This document shows positions 28,171-37,183 of a stretch of 64,000 nucleotides of DNA, in pieces; the first letter of the stretch is position 1; each line of letters opens with the position of its first letter. Below the pieces are notes generated by a model that saw only the letters and a list, made by a program, of their open reading frames with translations, searched no databases and was not told the origin of the DNA. A program made the position numbers and the translations under genes. Location of the stretch: contig CAMDFF010000002.1 in the NCBI GenBank assembly GCA_945897315.1, forward strand, positions 23,992-87,991, written 5' to 3'. This DNA comes from a candidate division TM6 bacterium UASB124 (lineage in GTDB: Bacteria; Babelota; Babeliae; Babelales; RVW-14).

Positions 28171-29484
28171 TTATTTTTTACTAGGAGAGAGCCTTCCTAT
28201 AAGCGTTTTAAGATCTCTGGTCAGATTCATTATTCTGTCGTCAGCTACGATAAGGGAAAGACCATCCACTAAAGCGTTAAGAAGATGAAGGTTTTCTTTT
28301 TGTTTTTCTATAACGGTGTGCAATGATTGCTTACATCCTTGCAATGGAGTGCATAGCGCGCTGCTGCAAGGATATTCTAACAATTGTGTTATCTGATCAG
28401 CTGTAGCTTTCTTTAGGGCAAGCGTCAATATATCTAGCTGGCTCCCCTGAGCAGCAATATGTATCACAATAAAAAATAGACTATCATTGTGTTTTGTTAT
28501 CTCAGATATTACCTCAGCAGTTAATAATGCAATAGCTTTCTTCTTCATTATTGCTTGAAAAATGCGAATATAGTCTGACGGTTCGATAGCCTCTAAATCT
28601 CTAAGTGCACTTAATACTTGTTCTGCGGTGGTGCCACGTTGTATTAGCGTCAGAATATTAGTAACTTCTTTTATGCCTGGCATTGTGCTCGTACTACTAC
28701 TGCCTGCACCACTAGCTGCAGCACTGGCGGCAGCAGGCACGGAGCCTCCTCCAGAGCCACCGCAAAGAGGAATAGGACTTGGTGTTATTGCGGCAGTAGT
28801 TGCTGATCCGGCTCCAGAGCCGCCAGACAGAGGTGGTACTAATTTTAGTGGGGCAGATGGCTCGCGAAAAGTTAATCTTGTTTGTAGTTTGCGGGTGGTC
28901 TCTGTAAGTGGTGCGCTTGGGGCATCGGCTGCTACGGTTTTTGGAGGGGTAGCATTTGGGACCTTAAATGGTGATGTGTTTGCAGCGTGAGAGAGAGTGG
29001 CTACTGGTCTTTCAGGGCTTGCTGTAGCACCACCAGCTGCTACAGGTGCTGCTACAGGTATCGGCCTAAGCTGCACAGTAGGAGGAAGGGGCTGGTGTAA
29101 TAAGTTTCTTGGTGCTGGGCTTACTTGAGGGGTAGGTTGGCTAGCTGATATTGATGATGCTGCTGTGTGAGATGCGCTGCTAGAGCTTGATGCTCTAGCC
29201 GGATCTTGCTGTGGTAGTGGTGCTAGTGGTTGAGCTGGTTTGCGGCCTAAAGGTCGAGGTGTTTTTAGAGGTGATGGTGAGGTTGCGATGGATGATGGTG
29301 AAAGCACAGAAGACGATGGTGATCTTGTGATGGATGATGGTGAAGTCACAGAAGGCAATGGAGCCCCTGCTGCTGATCGTATTGCTGGAAAAGCACCAGC
29401 TCCGCCGTTTGCAGAACTAGAAAAAAGTGACGATGACCCAATGGTATATGCAATACCAAGAGTGATAATAATGCGATTAACCAT
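28171..29484 (-). CDS. hypothetical protein: signal peptide, ~270-aa Pro/Ser/Ala-rich low-complexity region, ~160-aa helical C-terminal domain
   Basis: 437 aa. MVNRIIITLGIAYTIGSSSLFSS, then SPSS/AAPV/GGSG-type low complexity. The C-terminal domain has one ankyrin-like stretch (FFIVIHIAAQGSQLDILTLALKK). GC-rich relative to the flanks. Confidence 0.6.
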   Translation of the reverse strand: MVNRIIITLGIAYTIGSSSLFSSSANGGAGAFPAIRSAAGAPLPSVTSPSSITRSPSSSVLSPSSIATSPSPLKTPRPLGRKPAQPLAPLPQQDPARASSSSSASHTAASSISASQPTPQVSPAPRNLLHQPLPPTVQLRPIPVAAPVAAGGATASPERPVATLSHAANTSPFKVPNATPPKTVAADAPSAPLTETTRKLQTRLTFREPSAPLKLVPPLSGGSGAGSATTAAITPSPIPLCGGSGGGSVPAAASAAASGAGSSSTSTMPGIKEVTNILTLIQRGTTAEQVLSALRDLEAIEPSDYIRIFQAIMKKKAIALLTAEVISEITKHNDSLFFIVIHIAAQGSQLDILTLALKKATADQITQLLEYPCSSALCTPLQGCKQSLHTVIEKQKENLHLLNALVDGLSLIVADDRIMNLTRDLKTLIGRLSPSKK

Positions 29485-29614
29485 AATTTGCCTTCTTGGT
29501 AAATACTAATATTTCAACTATGAAATAATTTACCATTCGCATAACGATAGGTCAAGCCGGGTTAAAAATTGTGCGTTTTTGCATAAAAAAGATAAAATTT
29601 GTATGATTTCGATA

Positions 29615-30379
29615 TTATTTGATCTGCTCAATACGATGTAAAAAAACCTTTAGCCGTCGATAATCGTTGCCTGAAAGCAAAGCAAATCCGTGGCTAATTT
29701 CTTCTAAGAGGTTAGCCGAGAGTAGGTTTTTAGCTTTAACCGTACGAATAATAGCTAGCAAAAGCTCATCTAAATTCTGAATAGCGTTAGAAAAACCATA
29801 CAGAACCTCTAAAAATTGGGCGTCGGCGAAGAATTGTGTAGTCAGTGTGTCAGGAGCTTCGCTGACAAAAGCATGGATCTTAGGAGGTGTAGGCGGTATA
29901 GCAAAGATGATCGGAGAATCCGCTCTTTCTTGGCCCGTTGGGCCGGCGGCCTGCGACAAGCTCAGGGTGAGCGGTTTTGCTAAGCCATGCGTATCATCTA
30001 CATTAATTAAAGAATCGATTATTTCTCTCCGCTCACCCTGAGCTTGTCGAGCGGGCGAGCTCGTAGAGTGAGAAAGAGTGGGTTTAATGTACCCACAGGC
30101 CTGCACAGAAAATGTTGTCTTCAGAAAAGCAAAAATTTGTGGCTGTTCCCGTTCTAGCTCTTCTTCAGTTTTTTGATACGCAAATGGTGTGCGTGATGGA
30201 TCCATTGATCCTGTTTGGATATTGGTGACGATTCCTAAAATGTGGAGCTCTTTGTCTTGAATACTGACAAGCGAACCAAAGGTAGGGAACTGTTTCCAGT
30301 TCCAGCATTGTGCTGTGTAATGGTCAAGGGACGATTCTATGACCTCAGCAAAAAAGGGATGTTTGTTTTGGTTCTTCAT
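29615..30379 (-). CDS. hypothetical protein carrying a repeat-element-encoded internal segment
   Basis: 254-aa ORF that overlaps the rnhB stop by 35 nt. Roughly residues 99-154 (KPTLSHSTSSPARQAQGE...KPLTLSLSQAAGPTGQERAD) are encoded by repeat I3. Confidence 0.55.
   Translation of the reverse strand: MKNQNKHPFFAEVIESSLDHYTAQCWNWKQFPTFGSLVSIQDKELHILGIVTNIQTGSMDPSRTPFAYQKTEEELEREQPQIFAFLKTTFSVQACGYIKPTLSHSTSSPARQAQGERREIIDSLINVDDTHGLAKPLTLSLSQAAGPTGQERADSPIIFAIPPTPPKIHAFVSEAPDTLTTQFFADAQFLEVLYGFSNAIQNLDELLLAIIRTVKAKNLLSANLLEEISHGFALLSGNDYRRLKVFLHRIEQIK
29918..30084. repeat. full palindromic repeat element (I3) inside an ORF
   Basis: Perfect 21-bp inverted arms cgacaagctcagggtgagcgg (29954..29974) and ccgctcaccctgagcttgtcg (30029..30049). 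The outer inverted ends are tccgctctttct / agaaagagtggg. Confidence 0.85.
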
Positions 30380-31052
30380 GATGCTCTACAAAATTTTTAA
30401 TAAAGGTTGTCCGATGAATGGAGCAGGGGCCATGGGTTTTTAGAGCTGCAATGTGCTCTGGGGTGCCATATCCTTTGTGTTGTGCAAAATTATAAGCTGG
30501 AAATTGCTCTGAGAGCGATTCCATGAGTCGGTCACGCGTTACCTTGGCAACAATTGATGCGGCGGCAATGGAGGGCGATAGTGACTCACCATAGTTAAAA
30601 TAGTGGCATTCTAGTGAGCTATGTTTTTCTTCTGGAGCAATTTTTAAGGGCATTGCATCCACCAAAACATATTTTAATTCGTGCGCATTGCACGGTAATT
30701 TTTTTATGATGCCCAGATACGCTTGTTTCATAGCTACAAGCGTAGCCTGATAAATATTAATTGTATCTATCGTTACGTGGTCAGCCATAGCAATCGTCCA
30801 GGTGCAGTGCTCATCAATCCATGCAAAGGCTTTTTCACGAGCAGCTTTGGACATTAGTTTTGAATCTTTGAGCATTGGCTGATGAGTATTAACTGGCAGT
30901 ATGACGGCACCAACAACTACCGGTCCAGCAAGGCAGCCACGGCCTGCTTCATCAATGCCAATTGCATAATGTTGCTGAGCCCATGCGTCAGTTTCAAAGT
31001 AAGATTTTTGAATGTTTTGTGTGCTGTTTTTCATAATATTGCATGTTACCAT
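30345..31052 (-). CDS. rnhB: ribonuclease HII
   Basis: IGIDEAGRGCLAGPVVVGAV (the DEAGRG catalytic motif), plus SIAAASIVAKVTRD and KGYGT. Confidence 0.9.
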   Translation of the reverse strand: MVTCNIMKNSTQNIQKSYFETDAWAQQHYAIGIDEAGRGCLAGPVVVGAVILPVNTHQPMLKDSKLMSKAAREKAFAWIDEHCTWTIAMADHVTIDTINIYQATLVAMKQAYLGIIKKLPCNAHELKYVLVDAMPLKIAPEEKHSSLECHYFNYGESLSPSIAAASIVAKVTRDRLMESLSEQFPAYNFAQHKGYGTPEHIAALKTHGPCSIHRTTFIKNFVEHHEEPKQTSLFC

Positions 31053-31224
31053 GACATGAGTTTTTTCTCATCTAAAAGCTTTCTTTTAGTTTTTTGTCTC
31101 CATGTCACAAAATTTTTAATTATACATCTAGTAATTTTTTTCTGGCTTTTGAAAAGAGGTTTGATTATATTATTGAAAAGTTATGGCAATGTTTGAATTT
31201 TTGGCAAAGTAAGAAGGGGTTTAC

Positions 31225-31896
31225 ATGTCCTCAACAGAACTTCGCGTAAAAGAGTTGCTTCGTGAACGAGGCTGGACAACAAAGGTCTTAGCTGAAAAGA
31301 CGGGCCTTTCTGAGAGTTACTTGACGCATATTAAGAATGGCACACGCCGATGGAACGAAGATGCACTGAAAAAGTTGGCAACAGCTTTTGGTTCGCATCC
31401 TGTCGATCTATTTGCACAGCGCAAAACACGTACTGATAATGTTGAGGCAAGCGTTAAGATGCCAGACAATATTAATGTTGATTTGCAGTTGAAAATTGTG
31501 CCAGTAATGGGCGATATCACAACAAACCCATCTCCGTATAATAACCAGCTCATGCAGGTTACAACAGGTCATAAAGATGTGTTTGTGCCGGTCGCAAACA
31601 GTACAGATGAATCGATGTTTTGCTTGCACATAGAAAACAATTTGATGGCGCCTACCTTTGTTAAGGGCGACTATTTGATTATTTCTCCCGCTACCTGGGC
31701 ACGCTCTGGTGACATTGCTGCAGTAGAATATGGCAATGAGAATCCGGTTAAAGCGATTATGCAAGTAACCTATATGGAAGAATTTGTGGTGCTTGAATCA
31801 CCAAACCACAAAACACCACCTGTTGCATTGGTACGTGGTAAAGACCACTTCCGTGTGATCGGCAAAGTGATTTATCGCTATCAGCGCATGCTGTAA
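31225..31896 (+). CDS. XRE-type HTH + S24 (LexA/CI)-like C-terminal domain transcriptional regulator
   Basis: N-terminal LRERGWTTKVLAEKTGLSESYLTHIKNG. The C-terminal beta-rich domain (FCLHIENNLMAPTFVKGDYLIISP...GDIAAVEY...VIGKVIYRY) is colinear with LexA/CI S24 domains. Confidence 0.7.
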   Translation: MSSTELRVKELLRERGWTTKVLAEKTGLSESYLTHIKNGTRRWNEDALKKLATAFGSHPVDLFAQRKTRTDNVEASVKMPDNINVDLQLKIVPVMGDITTNPSPYNNQLMQVTTGHKDVFVPVANSTDESMFCLHIENNLMAPTFVKGDYLIISPATWARSGDIAAVEYGNENPVKAIMQVTYMEEFVVLESPNHKTPPVALVRGKDHFRVIGKVIYRYQRML

Positions 31897-31916
31897 GCAT
31901 CTGCTCATAGTGAATT

Positions 31917-31968
31917 AAAAATTCCCGCTCGTCTTGGTCGGTTTCGATTGAGACAAGCGGGAATTTTT
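31917..31968. terminator. bidirectional terminator between convergent genes
   Basis: aaaaATTCCCGCTCGTCT-(16 nt)-AGACAAGCGGGAATtttt, with one mismatch. Its ends (ttcccgct/agcgggaa) resemble the repeat-family termini. Confidence 0.7.
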
Positions 31969-32005
31969 ATGTGATTTAGGAACATCGGCATCAATGTCTT
32001 CAGTG

Positions 32006-33211
32006 TTAATTTTCGTTAATGCTGCCGCTACGGCGCCAGCTGATTAATTTTGTATTGTCCATGGTTGTATCTTCATCGCCACCGTGGACGACAAACGTAC
32101 GAATTTTATTGGGCGAATAAGCTTCTGGATTGTGATAATTTTCAACGATTTTGCGTAGCTCAGATAGTCCAGTTAAGAATGATCGCTTAATGATTGGGTT
32201 TGATTTAATTTCAATAGCCCGTATGTGGTTGGCATAGTTGAGGAGAACATCAACTTCATGGCCTTGCTCATCACGCCAAAAATAGACATTGGAGCGATCG
32301 CCCAGATTAATACAACTTTTGATTTGTTCCATAATAATTAAATTCTCAAAAAGAGCGCCATACATGCTGTGGTCAGGGATATCTGAGGGTGATTTTATTT
32401 TTAGCAGTGAACACACTAATGCAGTATCGGTAAAATAGATCTTGGGCGATTTAATTAGGCTTTTACTGAAATTGTGGTAGTACGGCTGTACTCGATAAAT
32501 GATAAAGCAGGTTTCTAAAATATTAAGCCATTTTTGCGCTGTTTCTGTAGTGATTTTGCAATCGCTTGCTAGCGTAACAAGATTAACGACACTGCCAATG
32601 CGTGTGGCCAGGATTTGAAGAAACGTTTGAAAGGTTGGTAGGCTGTCAATCCTAATTAATGTACGAGCATCACGTTCCAGGTACGTCGAAATGTAGTTTA
32701 TAGCCCAGCGCATTGCTTGCTTTATGTTCATTTCTTGTTCCCAAGGCTCAGGAAACAAACCACGAAAAAGCACTTCTGGTAAGCCATTGGTTGGTTTAAT
32801 TTCGGCAAGCGATGGGGGTAGTAAATTAATGATTGCAGCTCGTCCTGCTAACGTTTGTGTAATTTGCTCCATCATCAAAAAGTTTTGTGACCCTGTTAAA
32901 ATCACGCGACCATTCCGGCGGCGCTCAGCATCAACGATGCCTTGAAGGTATGAAGTAATGGAAGGAATTTTTTGAAATTCATCGATAATAACGCCCGGAT
33001 GTTCTGCTAATGCCTTGAGCAAAAAACCCTCCACATCGGCCGCAAATTCTGCTCTTACGGTTTCATTTTCAAGCAAAACGTATTTATAAGTTGGAAAAAG
33101 TGCTTGTGCGAGTGTTGTTTTTCCTGATTGCCGTGGGCCGGTTATGTACACCACAGGAAATTGTTGTGCGCAGGCAAGTATTTCTTCTTCTAGCTGTCGC
33201 TTGATCATCAC
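32006..33211 (-). CDS. AAA_14/DUF4143-type ATPase
   Basis: 401 aa. Walker A is ITGPRQSGKTTL and Walker B is VIIDEFQ. The C-terminal half is typical of DUF4143 proteins. Confidence 0.75.
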   Translation of the reverse strand: MMIKRQLEEEILACAQQFPVVYITGPRQSGKTTLAQALFPTYKYVLLENETVRAEFAADVEGFLLKALAEHPGVIIDEFQKIPSITSYLQGIVDAERRRNGRVILTGSQNFLMMEQITQTLAGRAAIINLLPPSLAEIKPTNGLPEVLFRGLFPEPWEQEMNIKQAMRWAINYISTYLERDARTLIRIDSLPTFQTFLQILATRIGSVVNLVTLASDCKITTETAQKWLNILETCFIIYRVQPYYHNFSKSLIKSPKIYFTDTALVCSLLKIKSPSDIPDHSMYGALFENLIIMEQIKSCINLGDRSNVYFWRDEQGHEVDVLLNYANHIRAIEIKSNPIIKRSFLTGLSELRKIVENYHNPEAYSPNKIRTFVVHGGDEDTTMDNTKLISWRRSGSINEN

Positions 33212-33861
33212 TATTCCCTGATTACTTGTACGATAACTTTGAGGGCATCAAAAAAGAAAAAACTTCCAACAGTGAGCATAATGCACGCGGTAATGGTGCC
33301 AACTAACTTTAATTTGTCAGGCTTCATTACTTTGCCTATAGAGCTGGCAATGTATGCGACAACCGTTAAAATTACTAATGAACCGAGAATCGTAAGTAAG
33401 CTGCCGAAGATTAAGTCACTTGTGGCCAATGCTTGCTTGCCGGCTGGCAGGACTTGTGCGCCAGCAAACATAAAAAATAGAATGGTCAGAGGGTTAATAA
33501 CGGTTGCCATAAACGATTTTGAGGCGCTCAGCAGTAAAGAGTTTGCCGTTAGTGGCATTGCATTCGGCTGTCCTGGTTTTTGATGAAACAGTAACTTGAG
33601 GCCATAGAGGAGCAGGAGGCTGCCCCCAACAAGATCAATTATTACTTGATACGTAGCTGATTTTTGCAGCATTGCAAGTGTTCCAGCTAGCCCCAAAAAT
33701 ATTAGGAGGCCGTCACCAAGTGCTGCTCCCAGTGCAGTAAAAAAGCCTTTTAAGAATCCTTTTACCGCGCTGTTGTTGAATGTCATTATGAAAATGGGCC
33801 CCATTGTTGATGAGGCAGAAACACCAACAAAAAAGCATGCAGTTAAAAACCAATAGTTCAT
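33211..33861 (-). CDS. LysE/RhtB-family amino-acid exporter
   Basis: About 216 aa, six hydrophobic segments, N-terminal MGPIFIMTFNNSAVKGFLKGFFTALGAALGDGLL. I moved the start to ATG 33861; the track's N-terminal extension would overlap glmM. Confidence 0.65.
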   Translation of the reverse strand: MNYWFLTACFFVGVSASSTMGPIFIMTFNNSAVKGFLKGFFTALGAALGDGLLIFLGLAGTLAMLQKSATYQVIIDLVGGSLLLLYGLKLLFHQKPGQPNAMPLTANSLLLSASKSFMATVINPLTILFFMFAGAQVLPAGKQALATSDLIFGSLLTILGSLVILTVVAYIASSIGKVMKPDKLKLVGTITACIMLTVGSFFFFDALKVIVQVIRE

Positions 33862-33946
33862 AGAAAAAACCCCTTGTCTGGAAAACTTTTGAGTTATTTT
33901 ACCATAAGTAGTAACATTAGGGAAAATTATTAGTAGCAAGGAACTC

Positions 33947-35314
33947 ATGATGCAGATAACAAGAGCTGATCGTACTATTTTGTTTGGCACTGATGGTATA
34001 CGTGGTCATGCGGACCATTTCCCTTTTGATGACTATACGGTAATACGTATAGGATATGCTATAGCTTTATGGGCTCGCGAAAAATACGCCGTTGAGCAAC
34101 CAAAATTCTTGATAGGTATGGACACCAGAATTTCTGGCCAGCGGATTAAACAGGCTTTACAGCTTGGCCTTGTACGTGCAGGTGCTTTAGTTGTTGATGC
34201 AGGGGTGCTACCAACACCAGCAGTGTGCAATTTAGCAAATAATGATCGGTCTTTTCATGCGGGAGTAGTCATTTCTGCGTCTCATAATCCGTATTTTGAT
34301 AATGGGATTAAGATTATTGACGCTAAACGTTGTAAGTTAACTAAAGATGATGAAATGCATTTGGTTTCGCTGGTTAATACTTATAATCAACAAAAAGATC
34401 TTGGCGCGAGCGATGAGCAAGTCGCAGTTGTGGAATGGGCTGATGCTATTGACGAGTATAATAAAAATGTTATTGCGTGCTTCCCTACACATTTTTTACA
34501 GGGCAAAAAAATTGTTATTGATGCAGCCCATGGAGCTACCAGTCTGTGCGCAAAAGCAATATTTAAAGCTCTAGGTGCGACAGTAATTATGCTGAATAAT
34601 GCGCCAGATGGCATAAATATTAATGATAACTGTGGGGCATTGCACCCAGAAGCGCTACAGACTGTCGTCTTAGCAGAATGTGCCGACGCAGGCTTTGCCT
34701 TTGATGGTGATGGCGATCGAATTGTCGCTATAAGTCGAGATGGTAGCTGCAAAGATGGCGATGATATTGTATTTTTGCTGCTGGGTCTACCTGCGTATCA
34801 AAATATGAAGACTGTTGTTGGAACTGTAGTGTCTAATCAAGGGCTTGAAGCTGCAGTGCAGGAGCAGGGTAAGCGTTTTGTTCGGACCGCTGTTGGTGAC
34901 AAATATATTGCGGCAGCGTTAGAGGAGGCGGATGTGCTTCTTGGCGGTGAAAATTCTGGGCATGTTATTTTGCGTGATTATCTGTTAACAGGTGATGGTA
35001 TTTTTGTAGCACTTAAAGTGTTGGAGGCAATCATTCCATCAGATAATTGGACCATGCAAACGTTTACTAAATTTCCACAAAAGCTCATTAATATTCCGGT
35101 TGCCGAAAAAAAAGATTTAGCCCAAGAGCCATTTGCGGGCATTATTGCTGTATATCAAGAACGGCTGGGGAGTGGTCGATTGCTTGTGCGTTATTCTGGT
35201 ACTGAATCGTTATTACGGGTTATGACAGAAGCTGAAACAGTTGCCTGTGCAGAGTCTGTTGCTCACGAGCTTGCGCAAGCATTACAAAAAGCACTTGGTG
35301 AAATTACTAGCTAA
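33947..35314 (+). CDS. glmM: phosphoglucosamine mutase
   Basis: FGTDGIRG, the active-site loop SASHNPYFDNGIK, DGDGDR, and GGENSGH. Confidence 0.9.
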   Translation: MMQITRADRTILFGTDGIRGHADHFPFDDYTVIRIGYAIALWAREKYAVEQPKFLIGMDTRISGQRIKQALQLGLVRAGALVVDAGVLPTPAVCNLANNDRSFHAGVVISASHNPYFDNGIKIIDAKRCKLTKDDEMHLVSLVNTYNQQKDLGASDEQVAVVEWADAIDEYNKNVIACFPTHFLQGKKIVIDAAHGATSLCAKAIFKALGATVIMLNNAPDGININDNCGALHPEALQTVVLAECADAGFAFDGDGDRIVAISRDGSCKDGDDIVFLLLGLPAYQNMKTVVGTVVSNQGLEAAVQEQGKRFVRTAVGDKYIAAALEEADVLLGGENSGHVILRDYLLTGDGIFVALKVLEAIIPSDNWTMQTFTKFPQKLINIPVAEKKDLAQEPFAGIIAVYQERLGSGRLLVRYSGTESLLRVMTEAETVACAESVAHELAQALQKALGEITS

Positions 35315-35331
35315 CTGGAAAGTTGATTCTT

Positions 35332-35991
35332 ATGATCAAACGTTCAAAGTCCTTGATACTAATGCTTAGAATTGTTTTTTTAAGCGGCCTGTTTACGATT
35401 ATTCCTATCGCTGCAACACTGTTTTTTATTAATTTTTTATATACATTGGTGAGCAAGATGCTCGTTCCTCTTGAGCGCATTGAACCCACCTGGCTGCGTG
35501 AAATTCCTGGTTCAGAATTTGTTTTGGTCGTATTAGTGATTTTGATAATGGGATTTATTTTAAAAACATTATTGATGAATAGATTAGTGCATTATTTTGA
35601 GGAGCTTGTAAATCGGATTCCTCTTGTTCGCATTGTGTATTCGGCTGCTAAGATCGTGGTGGATTTTTTTAAAGTTTCGGATTCGGCATTGGTTGCTCAT
35701 CGCCGCGTGGTTTTGATTCCGTATCCAAAAAAAGGGCAGTACCATCTAGCATTTCTCTTAGAATCAGCTAAAGAGACATATGAGCCCATTATTCCAGAAA
35801 AATTTAAGCATTATGCAGGCGAGCATTATGTCAAAGTGTTTATGCCAAACTCTCCAAATCCAACCTCGGGTTATTTTTTTATTATGCCTGAGGACGAAAT
35901 TATTTTGACAGATATTAGCTTTGAAGAGGCTGTTAAAAGTCTCATCTCGTGCGGGCTTATTACGCCTGAATCACTGATAAAGAAATCGTAA
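35332..35991 (+). CDS. DUF502-family membrane protein
   Basis: Two N-terminal TM segments, then RIPLVRIVYSAAK and VVLIPYPKKGQYHLAFL, as in DUF502. The start could be ATG 35332 or TTG 35323. Confidence 0.6.
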   Translation: MIKRSKSLILMLRIVFLSGLFTIIPIAATLFFINFLYTLVSKMLVPLERIEPTWLREIPGSEFVLVVLVILIMGFILKTLLMNRLVHYFEELVNRIPLVRIVYSAAKIVVDFFKVSDSALVAHRRVVLIPYPKKGQYHLAFLLESAKETYEPIIPEKFKHYAGEHYVKVFMPNSPNPTSGYFFIMPEDEIILTDISFEEAVKSLISCGLITPESLIKKS

Positions 35992-35998
35992 AGACACG

Positions 35999-37066
35999 AT
36001 GACGCTTCCTGGGTATGTTGCACGACTGTTTTTTGGGGCATGGGCATCGATTACGTTATTGTTGGCAGTCTTATTTAATTTCATTGAATTTTTTGAAAAA
36101 TTGGCACGCGTCAAAAACATCTCTGTCGGGCATATATTTCAGTTTTTAGGGCTTAATTTTCTGCCTTCTGCTTTCGATGTTATGCCCGTTAGCGTGTGGC
36201 TTGCAACTCTTTTTGTACTGCGTGAGTTGACCATGCAGCAGTCGTGGGATTTTCTCCAGCTTATAGGGTTTATTCCATATCGATTAAGTTTACTACTCTT
36301 TCTGCTTACGGTTGGTATGGCTATTGGTGTTGGTCTGCTACGTGAAGGATTTGTACTGGAAGTTGCTCAAATGGCAGAGCAGTATAAATATGTTCATTTT
36401 AAAAAACAGCGGCAAGAGCTTATGTTTGGTACGTGGTTTGAGCTTGAAGGCAACCGTTTTTGTTATATCGAAGAGCTTGACTGTGCAAAGTCGAAAGGAA
36501 AAGGGGTACTGTTGGTAACGTTAAATACGGAACATACAGTAACCACTGTAACGCATGCCTTACAATGTACGCTTGATAGCGTTAAACATGCTGTGCAGCT
36601 TGAGCATGCCGTGACGGTCTATGTACCTGAGCAGCGGCTGGTGCGTGAGGTGTCACATTCTGTTTTATCGCATTATTTTTTTAATGTGATGAATATGAAA
36701 CAACGGGTCTATAATCTTGCTTATCTGTATAAAACACTTATGTTTAGCGCTTATATGCCTCAACCAATGGTGCGCGCTCTACGGCGGCGGCTGATTGATA
36801 GTCTTTGGTACTATATTAGTTTTCTTGGGTACCCTCTTATGACAATCTATATGTTTAGCTTGCCTCTTGGTCTATGTGGTCGTTGGGTTATGGCTCTATT
36901 GCCGTATCCAGTGATGATTACAGCGGGCATTTTTTTGGGGGGCATCGTTGCAGCCGGAATAAGCTGGTTGTATACCGCTCTTCTTGTAATTTTTCTGTTA
37001 GTCTTTATTTTGAGGAGAAAGCAGCTAGTAGTGGCTTCTTGGCGCAGTCAACTATTCAAACCTTGA
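35999..37066 (+). CDS. LptF/LptG-family (YjgP/YjgQ) permease
   Basis: 355 aa. N-terminal LPGYVARLFFGAWASITLLLAVLFNFIEFF. Three N-terminal TMs, a central soluble domain and three C-terminal TMs. Confidence 0.65.
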   Translation: MTLPGYVARLFFGAWASITLLLAVLFNFIEFFEKLARVKNISVGHIFQFLGLNFLPSAFDVMPVSVWLATLFVLRELTMQQSWDFLQLIGFIPYRLSLLLFLLTVGMAIGVGLLREGFVLEVAQMAEQYKYVHFKKQRQELMFGTWFELEGNRFCYIEELDCAKSKGKGVLLVTLNTEHTVTTVTHALQCTLDSVKHAVQLEHAVTVYVPEQRLVREVSHSVLSHYFFNVMNMKQRVYNLAYLYKTLMFSAYMPQPMVRALRRRLIDSLWYYISFLGYPLMTIYMFSLPLGLCGRWVMALLPYPVMITAGIFLGGIVAAGISWLYTALLVIFLLVFILRRKQLVVASWRSQLFKP

Positions 37067-37183
37067 AAAAACTGTGCATTCCCCTAGAATGGTTTATCCC
37101 CTGGATGATGAGGTTTATGGCTCTCCTAGGGTAAAAGAATAAAATAGAATATTTATTTTCAACACATTTTATAAGGGTTTTGT

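Noticed and set aside
31225-33211. Prophage remnant, suggested by a CI/LexA-like repressor next to an ATPase
   Set aside because: No integrase, terminase, capsid, tail or lysis genes are nearby, and there are no att-like flanking repeats. The neighbours are housekeeping genes (rnhB, glmM).
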